Positions 1 through 15,437 of a stretch of 64,000 nt of DNA are shown here, piece by piece. How positions within the stretch are numbered: the first letter of the stretch is position 1; each line of letters starts with the position of its first letter. A program made the position numbers and the translations under genes. This DNA comes from the human T2T-CHM13v2.0 reference genome, Homo sapiens, in the NCBI RefSeq assembly GCF_009914755.1, contig NC_060940.1; one strand, written 5' to 3'. Below the pieces are notes generated by a model. The model did not search any database. It saw nothing but the letters and a program-made list of their open reading frames with translations, and was not told the origin of the DNA.

Positions 1-1502
1 ATGTGAGTGAAAGAGAGGCCGCCTGATGGGCCTTGAGCCTGGGCAGGGGACTGAGGCATTACGGCCTGACGACGGATTCCTGTTTCCTGCAACATGGGGA
101 GTCTCCAAAATGGCCTGTTTGGAAACGAAAGGAGAGCGAAGACACGATGCTGCTTTTCCAAGCTTCACTGGAGGTTTCTGTGTCCCCACAGAGCTCGGGA
201 AACAAACAGTCAACATGGTAACGCTTTCGGGGTCCAGAGACACGTGAGCAACAGGCCCCCTTGCAGAAGGCAAAGGAACGTGGAATCCGGAATCATGGTT
301 CACTCGGCTTGAGTGTGACTCCTGTGTGGATGGGAGTATCTGCCTCGCGCTCTGTTGTAGGCTCAGCGTGGGGAGGCTCACATGTCATCTGTGAACCATG
401 TGGATGAAAAACGGACAACAATTCGAGTCTCGGCTCTGCTCTTTGGGGAATTCGCTCATTCCTTGGGAGGCGGAATTCGTCTGAATCGCTCCCGGGTGAA
501 GTAACCCAGGCTGGAGATCCCGAGGGCGGGTGAGCACACCGCCGGCCGATGCGGCCGTGGGCCGAGCACACAGACTGCACTGGGCACCCAAGATTTTCCC
601 GGAGTTCGAGGTCCTGCTGGTCCTGGTGGCAGAAGACCGCTTTTCTCTTTTTGCCTTCCTTTCTCTGTTTCTTGCTCCTTTTCTCCCTCTGTCCATCCTT
701 CCCTCTGTTCTTCCTTCTCTCCCTCTCTCCCTCCCTCCCTCTCTCCCTCCTTTCCTCTGTTCTTCTGTCCTTCCCTCTCTCCCTCCATCCATACCTCCCT
801 TTCTCCCTCCTTCCCTCCCTCCCTTCCTCTCTTTTTCTTTCCCTCTCTCCCTCCCTCCATCTCTTCCAAGGTCTCTCCTTTCATCCGTCCTTTCCTCCCT
901 CTGTCCCAACCTCTCACTTTTTCTCCGTTCCTTTCCCCATCTCTGCCTGGCTTTCCTCCCGCCTAGAAAGGGCAGAACCATGGTTTGCGCAAGATCTCGG
1001 GGTCTACATTTAGTTGCCGGGCGCTCCAAGTGATGTGGCGGGGCACGGGTGGGCGAGGGAGGGTGGAGAGGGGAGGTAGTGAAGTTGAGCTGCGGAAAGG
1101 AGAGCAGGCCTGGCCATTGCCCGGGCCTGTGTTTCCCGGGGTGGAGGTCTCCCCCTACACCACTGAAGAACGCGGGGGCGGGGGGGAGGTGTACGGTGTG
1201 GGGGGGCGGGGGAAGGGATGAGAGCCCTGCCCGGGCTGGTCCCAAACACTAGCCGGCTGCCCGCACACCCGCGCATGCTCAGTAGGCAGTCCATCTCTGA
1301 GTACCTGGGCAGGCTCGGAAATCCTTGGGATGCTGAGGAAAGAATGACAGCCCTCCTTTCTGTGGAGTCTCTCGCTGGACCTGGACTCAGTGATCCTAGA
1401 CAGGTCAGCTGGAAGGGAAGACATAGGTCTCCATACCGAGCCAGAGGTTCACCGCGAAAGAGGGGCCACCGCCCTGCCCCCACCCAGTCCCAACCCCGCG
1501 TC

Positions 1503-2559
<1,057 letters not shown>

Positions 2560-2665
2560 CGCGAGGGCACCTCGCTGGAATTTCACGGACACACACGGGC
2601 AGAGAGAGGCCGGCGGCTCCCGTGGGCCTCAGTTGGCCTCTGTGCTGCACGCACGCCAGTGGCCC

Positions 2666-2705
2666 TTATAAAAACCCACCAGCTTCACCCCTTCATGAAT
2701 ATGCA
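2666..2705 (-). promoter_or_regulatory. DUX promoter remnant: TATAA box plus D4Z4-binding-element-like motif
   Basis: Minus strand reads ATTCATGAAGGGGTGAAGCTGGTGGGTTTTTATAAGGG, ~110 nt upstream of the DUX ATG. Activity unknown. Confidence 0.6.
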
Positions 2706-3028
2706 TGAGCACCCAAGGGCCCTGGGTAACCCACCCTCCGAAGCCAGAAACCACAGACACAGGGCCTTGTGTGGTAGGCGAAGGTGGGGCCAGATCGGCC
2801 AGGAAAGGGGGGCTTTTGGGGCTGGCTCTCTGAGTTCTCCAGAATTCTACGGAAACTGGAAATTTCTCTCTGGGCTCACATACGATTTCAGGGAGAAACC
2901 ACCCTGGAAGGGTGGAGTGTGGAACTGAACCTCCATGACAGTCTTGAGTTTTCCAGGCCCTCTCCGTGAAGGCGGCAATGCCTGTGGGTGTCGCCGTTGC
3001 CGTGATAGTCTCACACACGCAGGTGTGT

Positions 3029-3301
3029 GGATCTCATTCATTTTTTTATTTTTATTTTTATTTTTTATTTCTACCTCTTAAAGTCAATGATAAAGTCACA
3101 AGTGTAAAATGAATGCATTTAAAAACATAAAAGATACATTTCAATGACAAGAAATATGCAATGATCATGAAAATCTACTGTACACTTTGCCAAGGTCAAA
3201 GAATGAAAGACAATATGGAAAAGCCAATCTTCAAATATATCCTTAACAAAAACTCTCTCCTACATAGTAAAAGCATAATCTAAACAGCAGCTCCAACCGA
3301 G

Positions 3302-3333
<32 letters not shown>

Positions 3334-5632
3334 CAGGGGAGATGGGACAGATAACTTTCCCCAGGTTTTCTAGACAAAAACATGTGGTCACCAGGAATTC
3401 AAGGTAACTTCAAAAGCCACATTTAATTCAAAATAAAATGAACATTTCTGACAGATGACAGCAGTATGATACTGATTTTTTTCTTTCATAGATACAAATG
3501 ATATAGGGCATTGCTTAACAGTTTAGTAATCATCTAAGAATTAACTGTAGAAATAACCCCAATTCCACCATCCCAGCCACTGGTATAAAACAAATAACCT
3601 TCCATTGATACTGTCTTTCACATAACTAAAATATCCTCACTTACTTGGAACAATTTCATGCTTACACATGATCACAAACACTTATTTTTAGATGTTGTGG
3701 AATTATTGGAGCTGAGATTTTTGAAACAATATCTGAATCTTAGCAGAGAGCTAAAAATACTTTCACTATACATTGATTGGGCTTCCTTAACCAAATCTGA
3801 GCAACTACTGTAATAATAATGCTGGTGGTAATCCATGATACTCTCAAATTTTTCCCTTTAAGAAATATATAATGCATGTAATTCTAGCAAATATGTTACA
3901 TTGCACACTTTCTTAACAAGGATTGGCTGTTTTCAGGCCTTATTAGGAAAACAAAGAAACAAACAATGGCAGTTACTATCTGTTTTTTATCACTGATAAG
4001 CTACAATAAAACTCAAATATGAGAGTTTAATTGTGTGATATTAAGTAAAAAATGAAAACCATTATAGTTTTACCAAAAGAAACATAAAAAATATGGGAAG
4101 AAGTCAAATGAGCATGGCATAAGTCCCAAAGTTACACTATGATTCTGAACAGGATTTTCCAAACAAAGGGTATCTACATAAAATTTCTGTGAATATTTCT
4201 TGTACTAGAAAGATCCAAAGCAAATGTAGGCTCAGCCCTACCTTGTCAAAGATAAATATTCAGATAAACTAGAAGTTCCATCTGCTAAAGTGCATCGGCT
4301 GACCAGGTCTACCATGGCCCTGCACTTACAGCCATCTAAGAAAGTGGCCTCACTCATGCTCATTCACTCGTTCTGTGGCCTATCAAGAGTCACACATAAC
4401 AATGGTTTTGCTTTTTTAAAAAAACCAAATACTCTATACAGTGAACTACAGAAAAAACAATTCTAAATATACTTTTAAAATTCTAGAGAGTTAAGGTAAC
4501 CTCATTTTTTAAAATACTGAAAATGTAAAGGGTCCATATAAAGGGTTGTATTAAGTACACAGTTCCTATTTTAATAATTCAATTGCTGTGCTCTTAAAAT
4601 CTCTCTGAGAGAAGCAGATATTTTACTCATGTCTTTTGGCAAGGGATTCAAAAGCAAAAGTAGCAGGGCTGTAAAATTTCATAAAATTTGTGGGATTTTT
4701 AAAAGCTAAATTATTCAATATTTTGTATTGTTATTGCACTCATATATTGCCCAGAATATATATACAGCAACCCAGCAACAGTGATTGCAACAAAAGTAAG
4801 GTAAACAGGTCTACAAAGCATTTGATTTCCTTATTAGATAAATGAAGTTTTCATAGAGGAAGTGCAAATTCAGATCAGGTTACATAAGCTTAACAATTAC
4901 TTAAACCTTACATAAAACTAAATCTAACCCTCACCACTACAAATCTGTAAGGAATCACTGTCAGGAATCTACAGGACTTGGCTCTTATTTACATTCGACG
5001 CACACTTAGAAATTTCATAAATGATGAGATGCAGGCCAAGGGGATTCCTCAAAGGGCTCCACCCAAAAGGAAAAGAAAGAGAGTTAAACAGAGAATTACC
5101 ATTTACGTATGTGTGTGTAATCAGCTTATTCTTCAGCCTCTAGACAGTGAGGAGGATGAAGAAATGGAAGAAGATAACAAAGAAGAGGAAGAAAAAGATC
5201 ACAGTGAAGCGATGAAGCCAGAGGAGCCACCTCAATATTTACTGACAGAAAAAATCATGAAGCTGCCCCTCCCTGAATCTTTAAAAGCTTACTTGACATA
5301 TTTTAGAGACAAATAACTTAGATCAAAAAGAAAGAATGCCTACTGATAATTCCTTTAGTCTTGAAAATGTAGCATTTGTTAGGAATTAAAAGAATTATTT
5401 ATTTCATCAGAGCAAATTATGGTGGAAAAAATACCACTTGTTACTGTCAGTAACATAAATGATGTATCGGGTGAATAAAAGAATCCTTTTTATAAAATCT
5501 ATTTTTCTTTAAATCTTGGAAAATTGTTGTTTCACCTCAGAGTGATTTCAAAGTGGAATGTAACAGTAGTCAAGACTTGTGTACTATTTCTGATTCTCCC
5601 TTTTCTGATTCCTTACGGATCTCATTCATTTT
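3029..5632 (-). pseudogene. PCMTD1P2: PCMTD1 processed pseudogene, 5'-truncated with 5' inversion: distal 3'UTR plus polyA on minus (3045-4957); CDS end plus proximal 3'UTR on plus (4958-5616)
   Basis: ORF 4978-5316 matches the PCMTD1 C-terminus (IYIRRTLRNFINDEMQAKG..LPLPESLKAYLTYFRDK). T-rich tail at 3041-3070. 16-bp TSD GGATCTCATTCATTTT at 3029-3044 and 5617-5632. Parent gene call is strong; the P2 number is recalled. Confidence 0.93.
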
Positions 5633-7783
5633 CATGTAGAAAATGAGAGAGAAACTACAGAGAAAACAAACGCCTGGTGCATCACGTCCTGAGGATGGAT
5701 TCCTGTTTCCTGCGACATGGGAAGTCTCCACTATGGCCTGTTTCCAAACAGGAAACTGGAAAGGAGAGCGAATACACGAAGCTGCTTTTCCACACTTCTC
5801 TGGAGGTTTCTGTGTCCCCACAGAGCTCGGGAAACAAACAGTCAACAGGGCCACGCTTTCGGGGGCCAGAGACGCATGAGCAACAGGCCCCCTTGCAGAA
5901 GGCAAAGGAACGTGGAACCCGAAACCACGCTTCAGTCGGCCTGAATGTGACTCCTGTGTGGACGGGACTATCCACCTCGCGCTCCGTTGCAGGCTCAACG
6001 TGGGGCTATCTCATCTGTGAACCATGTGGATGAAAAATGGACAATCACCCGAGTCTCGGCTCATTGCTCTCTGGGCAATTCGCTCATTCCTTGGGAGACG
6101 AAATTCGTCTGAATCGCTCCCGGATGAAGCAACCCAGGCTGGCGATCCGGAGGGCCGGTGAGAGCGCCGCAGGCCGACGCGGCTGTGGGCAGAGCACTCA
6201 GCCTGCACTGGGCACCCAACATTTTCCCGGAGTGGGAGATCCTGCTGGTCCTGGAGGCAGAAGACTGCTTTTCTCTCTGCCTTCCTCTCTCTGTTTCTTG
6301 CTCCCTCCCACCCTCTTTCCCTCCGTCCCTCCCTCAGTTCCTCCCTTCCTCCCTCCCTCCCTCCTTCCCTCTCTCCCTCCTTCTATCCCTCCATCCTTTC
6401 CAAGGTCCCACGGTCCATCCGTTATTTTCTCCCTCCATCGCTCCCTCCCTCTCTGTCTCCGTTCCTCTCCCCATCTCTGCCTGAGTTCCCTCCTGCGTAG
6501 AAAGGGCAGTACTCCGGCTTGCACGGGGTCTCGGGTCTGCATTTAGCTGTCAGGCGCTCCACGGCGATGCCGAGGAAGCTGGCGTGGCAAGAGTAGGCGA
6601 GTGACGGTGGGGCGGGGAGGCAGAGGGGGCGAGACGCAGAAAGAAGAGCAGGCCTGGCGTCTGCCCGGGCCAGTGTTTCCCGGGATGTAGGTCTCCGCCC
6701 GCCCCAAAGAAGAACGCGGCAGGGGGCAAGAGGGAAGGGATGAGAACTCCTCCTAGACTAGTTAGAAAACCTAGGCTACTGCCTGCTAACCCGCGCATGA
6801 GCAGTAGACAGTCCGCCTCCCAGTACCTGGACCGGCCCTGGGATCCCCGGGATGCTCAGGAAAGAATGATACCCCTCCTCTGAGTGGAGTCTCTCACGGG
6901 ACCTGGAACTCAGGGATCCTAGGCAGATCAGCTGGAAGGGAAGACACGCCTCTCCATACCGAGTCAGAGGTTCACCGCGAAAGAGAGGCCGCCGCCCTGC
7001 CCCCACCCCGCCCCAACCCCGTGTCCTAAAGCTCCTCCAGCAGAGCCCGGTGTTCTTCCTGGCTGAGGAGTGGTTCCAACGGAGCGGGCTCTTCCACCTC
7101 CTTCAGCTTCCCCAGTGGCGCCGGATCTAGGAAAGATTGTGCCTTTTTCTGAAACTCTGGGGTTGGCAGGAGCTCATCTAACAGTCTGGGGGTGTGTGTA
7201 GACAAGCGCCCCGACTCCTGGAGCGGTTGGGAGGTGCCTGGATGGCTTGCATATGTGCTTGACGCGGAGGCCTCCGGGGTCGCGAGCTTCAGAGGTGGAG
7301 GTGCCCGGTCTTCGGTTTCCCACGCCGCCCTGGGGACCCGGGGCTCCAGCCCCACCGTGGACTCCGGTGGGACGTGGGTGGTGCAAACACACCTTGCCCC
7401 TGTGACTCAGCTTGAGGGGGCCCAAGCTGTCCCACTGAGCACGCGCCCAGCAGGCCGCCGTGCTGCGGGTCCTCTTCCTCCTGGCATTTGTTAGGGTGCG
7501 GAGGCCACCGAGGAGTCTGAGGGTGGGACAGTCCTACTTCCAGAGGAGCCAGGGCAGCGAACACAAAATCCCTGCGTGCAGGGGCAGGTTGAGAGATTCC
7601 TTCTGCCTGCGCAGCCTGGCTGGGCTGGAGCGGGGGGAAGGCCCTTGCTCCCTGGCTCACGAAAGCCCCATGTGGGAGAGCCCCAGGCATGCAGGGCGTA
7701 TGGAGTGCAGGAAGCCCAGTTCCCCAAGCCCTGGTGTGGGTGAACTCGATTGAGGAGGGAGGAGGATGACACCAGCCCGGGGT
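5633..7783 (-). repeat. D4Z4-like sequence resumed after the retrocopy (unit 2), truncated at a junction with Tigger1
   Basis: Collinear with 56-2300. Homology stops near 7783, where internal Tigger1 sequence begins. Confidence 0.9.
7026..7783 (-). pseudogene. DUX4L46: DUX4-like pseudogene, C-terminal part only (no homeodomains)
   Basis: [26 protein letters not shown].. and LLDELLPTPEFQKKAQ..EEHRALLEEL-stop at 7026, in different frames. Symbol from recall. Confidence 0.87.
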
Positions 7784-8212
7784 GTTAATTAGTAACCACA
7801 GTGGCCTCAAAGAGCTCAAATGAAAGGAAGAATTGCATGTCTCTCACTTTAAGTCCAGAGCTAGAAATGATTAAGCTTACTGAAGATGTAAAATTTTCAT
7901 CGCTAGAGAGACGTCAACACTTGGCTTCAAAACTTCAAAGGAAGGGCTGTCTGTCTTTGAGGACCACTGCAGTTGGTGACTTTAAGTTACAGCCAATGCT
8001 CATTGACCACTCTGAAAATCTCAGGGCCCTTAAGAATTATGCAAAATCTATTCTTGCTGTGCTCTAGAAATGGAAGATCACAATCTGAGTGACAACACAT
8101 TTGTTAAGAGCACGGTTTACTGAATATTTTAATCCCACTATTGAGACCTACTGCTCAGAAAAAAACAAAAAAAGAAAAAACAAAAACGATTCCTTTATAG
8201 GGATTGCTGCTT

Positions 8213-9001
<789 letters not shown>

Positions 9002-9857
9002 CTACCCAGAAGCTTAGATGGAGATGTACTTGGAAATTAATGTTATTTTCATGACTGCTATTGCTAATACAACATATATCCTTCAGCCTGTGGATCAAGG
9101 AGTGGTTTTGACTTTAAAGTGTTTATATTAACTAATAAATGCATTTTATAAAGGTATAGCTGTCATAGATAGTAATTTCTTTGATGAATCTGGATAAACT
9201 GAATTGAATACCTTTTGGAAAGGTTTCACCATTAATCCCTTCATGATATTTCAACCTCCTCCCATGAATCACAAATGTCCTTAATAGCAAATGCCATTAA
9301 GGACGTTTGTGATTGATGGGAGGAGGTTGAAATATCAACATTAACAGGAGTTTGGAAGAAGTTGATTCCAGCCCTCATGGAAGACTTTGAGGGCTCAGGA
9401 TGTCAGTGGAGGAAGTCCCTACAGATGTGGTAGAAATCGCAAGACAACCAGAATTAGAATTAGGGCCTTAAGACGAGATTAAATTGCTGTAAACTCATGA
9501 TGAAACTTGAACAAGTGGGGAGTTTCTTCTTATGGATGAGCAAAGAAAATATTTTCTTGAGATGGAATCTACTCCAGGTGGAGATGCTATGAACTTTGTT
9601 GAAATAACAACAAAGGATTTAGAATATTCCATAAACCTAGTTGATAAAGCAGCAGCAGGGTTTGAGAGGGTTTACTCCAATTTTGAAGGAAGTTCTACTG
9701 TGGATAAAATGCTATCAAACAGCATCACATGCTACAGGGAAATGTTTTGTGAAAGGAACAAACTTCATTGTTTTAAGAAATTGACACAGGCACCCAACCT
9801 TCAGCAGCCCCCACACTGATCAGTCAGCAGCCATCAACATAGCGGCAAGACCCTCAC

Positions 9858-10870
9858 TGTAGAGAAAAGAAAGAGAGATCTGACTGTTACTATGTCTATA
9901 TAGAAAGGAAAAAACATAAGAGACTCCATTTTGAAAGACTTGTACTTTAACAATTGCTTTGCTGAGATGTTGTTAATTTGTAGCTTTGCCCCAGCCACTT
10001 GGCCCCAACCTGGAGCTCACAAAAACATGTGTTGTATGAAATCAAGGTTTAAGCGATCTAGGGCTGTGCAGGATGTGCCTTGTTAACAAAATGTTTACAA
10101 GCAGTATACTTGGTAAAAGTCATTGCCATTCTCTAATCTCAATAAATGAGGGGCATAATGCACTGCAGAAAGCCGCAGGGGCCTCTGCCCTTGAAGGCGG
10201 GGTATTGTCCAAGGTTTCTCCCCATAGGAGAGTCTGAAATATGGCCTCATGGGATGAGAAAGACCTGACTGTCCCCCAGCCCGACACCCATTCAGAGTCT
10301 GTGCTGAGGTGGATTAGTAAAAGAGGAAAGCCTCTTGCAGTTGAGATAGAGGAAGGCCACTGTCTACTGCCTGCCCCTGGGAACTGAATGTCTCAGTATA
10401 AAACCCGATTGTACATTTCTTCAATTCTGAGATAGGAGAAAAACCGCCCTATGGTGGGAGGCCAGACATGTTTGCAGTAATGCTGCTTTGTTATTCTTTA
10501 CTCCACTGAGATGTTTGGGTGGAGAGAAACATAAATCTGGCTTACGTGCACGTCCAATCATAGTACCTTCCCTTGAACTTAATTATGACATAGATTCTTT
10601 TGCTCACATGTTTTTGCTGACCTTCTCCTTATTATCACTCTGCTCTCCTACTACATTCCTTTTTGCCGAAATAATGAAAACAATAACCAATAAAAACTAA
10701 GGGAACTCAGAGGCCGGTGCTGGTGCAGGTCCTTGGCACGCTAAGCGGCGGTCCCCTTGGCCTACCGTTGCTTCTCTATACTTTGTCTCTATGTCTTACT
10801 TGTTTTCTCAGTCTCTCGTCCCACCTCACTAGAAATACCCACAAGTGTGGAGGGGCAGACCACCCCTTCA
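9858..10870 (+). mobile_element. Solo LTR of HERV-K(HML-2), older LTR5A/LTR5B type
   Basis: Begins TGTAGAGAAAAGAAAGAGAGATC and ends CACCCCTTCA; 1013 bp. 5-bp TSD CTCAC at 9853-9857 and 10871-10875. TATAAAA at 10397 and AATAAA at 10689. Confidence 0.92.
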
Positions 10871-11164
10871 CTCACCAGCAAAAAGATTATGACTTGATGA
10901 GGCTCAGATATTCATTAGTATTTTTCAGCAATGAGGTATTTTAAGTTAAGGTATGTACATAGTTTTTTAGACATAATGCGATTACTAATTAATTAATTAT
11001 TAATTATTAAATACTCATTAGACTACAACATAATTTAAACATAACTTTTATAAGCACTGGGAAACAAAATGTGTATGCAACTAACTCGATTGTAACATTT
11101 TCCTTATTGTGGTTGTCTGGAACCAAACCCACACTATCTCTGAGTATGCTTGTAGGTTTTTGGT

Positions 11165-11634
<470 letters not shown>

Positions 11635-11943
11635 TGCCTTTTCTCTCTAGTGGCTCAAGGCCCATGGTGTGTGGTGCGCCTGATCTCCAATGCTTTTGAA
11701 CAGTGTAGAAAGTGTTGCTGTCTGTATTTAATTTTTTCCTACATGTGTGGTCTCAATCGATCACAAGAAGATCAATAAGCCCTTCTCCTTATTCTACTTC
11801 CCTTTCTAGCAATGGAGAACTTTGATTGGATTTTTCCTGCCTACAGACAGGAATGAGTCTGCAGTTTTCTTTTTTAAACCCGAGGGGACTGTGCCTGAGG
11901 GTCTCGAGCGCGGCCACCCTCCCCCAACCCCCGACTGGCGACT

Positions 11944-12050
11944 GTGGTGGTGGTGGTGGTGGTTTTGTGTTCCAGCTTCTGTTCTGTTGTTGTTGTTGTT
12001 GGTGCTGCTGCTGCTGTTGCTGCTGCTGCTGGTGCTGTCGTCGTTGTTTT
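11944..12050. repeat. Compound trinucleotide microsatellite (TGG)n/(GTT)n/(GCT)n
   Basis: Direct reading; interrupted runs of up to 6 units. Confidence 0.9.
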
Positions 12051-13005
12051 GGTATTTTACAGACTCAGGGGGTGTATGTGCTTGTTTGTTAGATCAGCAT
12101 ACTACTGCTTCCGGATGCAGAAGTGGACCTCCAGTGTATGCCTTACCCACGTGGCGAACGTTGTCTCTGACGGGCGATTTATTCATTCCTCGTCCCCCTC
12201 TTACCCTCCTCCTCCCCCTCTTACCCTCCTCCTCCCTTTTGGAGTGTCTGTTATTTCCATCTTGATGACCGTGCGCGTACCCATTATTTACCTCCCACTT
12301 GTAAGCAGAAGGCAGTTCACTCGGTACATACTTGCTTCCAGCTCTATCCATGTTGTGGGAAAAGACGTGAAATCACTCTTTTTTGTGCCTGCACCATTGG
12401 ATAATTTTAACTTTTTTCTCTTCTTTTCTTTTCTTTTCTTTTCTTTCCTCCTCCTCCTCCTTCTTTTTTTCATTTTTTTCAGCTGGGCTCTCCTACTTGT
12501 GTTGCTCAGTTGCTCAGGCTGGTCTCAAACTCCTGGACTTGACACTTCTTCCGTCACATCAACCGCCTGGTTGTTGAAATGAGCATCTCTTGTAAAATTG
12601 AAAAGATGAAAAAAATAAAGAGAAAGACAAAAAGCACGGGGTGAAGGTTTCTCTTGCCGCCTCCCAGGGTGTACCTTGGACCCGATAGGTGGGAGGGAAC
12701 TTGGCTGGGTGGGTTTTCGGTGCTAAATCCTCCCGAGGGTCTCCTTCCCTCTCCCCCCTGTCCCCGCTTCTCCACCAGCCAAGGCTCCCACCGCCGCTGT
12801 GGGATTTTCCGTGGGAGAAGTATGGGAGAGGACTGACGCAGCTTCCAGATCTATATCCTGCCAGACGTCTCTGGCTCAGCGTCCCCCACCGGCTGCCTGC
12901 CACCTTCCAAGGAGCTCTGAAGCCGATGCCCCGCCCCCTTCACGTCCCGCCACCCTCCCCTGGCTGGGCTACGCCCGGCGACCCCAAGGGAGCCGCGTTG
13001 AGGCT

Positions 13006-13390
13006 TTCTTTTTTTTTCTTGTTTTATTTTATTATTATTATAGTTTAAGTTTTAGGGTACATGTGCACAAAGTGCAGGTTTGTTACATATGTATACATGT
13101 GCCATGTTGTTGTGCTGCACCCATTAACTCGTCATTTAGCATTAGGTATATCTCCTAATGCTATCCCTCCCCCCTCCCCCCACCCCACAACAGTCCCCGG
13201 TGTGTGAAGTTCCCCTTCCTGTGTCCATGTGTTCTCATTGTTCAATTCCCACCTATGAGTGAGAACACGTGGTGTTTGTTCTTTTGTCCTTGTGATAGTT
13301 TGCTGAGGATGATGGTTTCCAGTTTCACCCATGTCCCTACAAAGTACATGAACTCATCATTTTTTATGGCTGCATAGTATTCCAAGGTGT
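13006..13390 (-). mobile_element. L1PA 3'UTR stub (~380 bp) inserted in the IGS copy
   Basis: T-rich tail, then TTTAAGTTTTAGGGTACATGTGCAC..TGCATAGTATTCC. GAG-type, not L1HS-Ta. No clear TSD. Confidence 0.92.
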
Positions 13391-13791
13391 CAAATCCTCC
13401 AGCAAAAACTTCCACCAGATGCCCCGGGTGGGCCGGATGGATGGGACGAGACTGGACCACCCCGGACCATGCTGTTCTTGGGGGTGGGTTGACGTACAGG
13501 GTGGACTGGCAGCCCCAGCATTGTAAAGGGTGCCCAGGTATGGAAATGTCACATAGGATGCCCTCCTTCCCGTCAGCCTGCCTTCAGCTTCCTCAGGCAT
13601 GAAGACAACTTCCCATCAGAACCTCTTTTCTTCCCTTTCTCCACCACACAGATGAGACGCATGAGAGGGAGAAACATCTCAATAGATACTGCTGACCTTC
13701 ATTTGTGGAATCCTCAGTCATCTACAGACAGAGAGGTGACTAGACAGGGACCCAAATCAAACTCCATTTCCGGGTCCTCATGGTGGGATTG

Positions 13792-13806
13792 GTCTCTCTC
13801 TCTCTG

Positions 13807-13848
<42 letters not shown>
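13792..13848. repeat. (TC)n(AC)n microsatellite
   Basis: Direct reading. Confidence 0.95.
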
Positions 13849-13849
<1 letters not shown>

Positions 13850-13979
13850 TTCCACATCTAGTTCACAAACCACACTAATTTACCCTTTTCACAGTATGCA
13901 GTCTGAGTAAAACCCACCCCACCCTCCACCCGGCGGCTGACGAAACCCCTTCTCTACAATTTATTAAAAAGATTATCTG

Positions 13980-15196
<1,217 letters not shown>

Positions 15197-15342
15197 CTTC
15201 ATTTTTAAATGTTTTTCCACAGAGAGGGTCTCATCATTTTGTTGCAACCTTCCTGACCCGGCATCTCAAAGTGCTGGCGTGCAGGGCTTGAGCCACTGAG
15301 GCTTGACTCCGGGGAATGATTCACGACCACGACTGCTGTAGT

Positions 15343-15359
15343 CTTTCTTTCTTTCTTTC

Positions 15360-15401
<42 letters not shown>

Positions 15402-15437
15402 TTCCTTCCTTTCTTTCTTTCTTTCTCTCTTCTTTCA
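15343..15437. repeat. (TTTC)n/(TTCC)n tetranucleotide repeat
   Basis: Direct reading. Confidence 0.95.

Noticed and set aside
385-1245. Long R/E/G-rich and S/L/P-rich ORFs in the D4Z4-like units
   Set aside because: Translations of CT-rich low-complexity DNA that lacks stop codons.
3302-3332. A31 run as a second retro-insertion tail
   Set aside because: No TSD or element body; more simply an expanded U-tract of the antisense 3'UTR.
4978-5316. Open 112-codon PCMTD1 C-terminal frame with SOCS-box elements as a possible functional micro-protein
   Set aside because: Starts at TTG next to the inversion junction; the first ATG lies after the BC-box; no promoter evidence; several substitutions. 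Treated as pseudogene.
11944-12050. PolyA/polyL/polyQ-type triplet tract as a coding or expansion locus
   Set aside because: Short interrupted runs in spacer DNA; no gene context.
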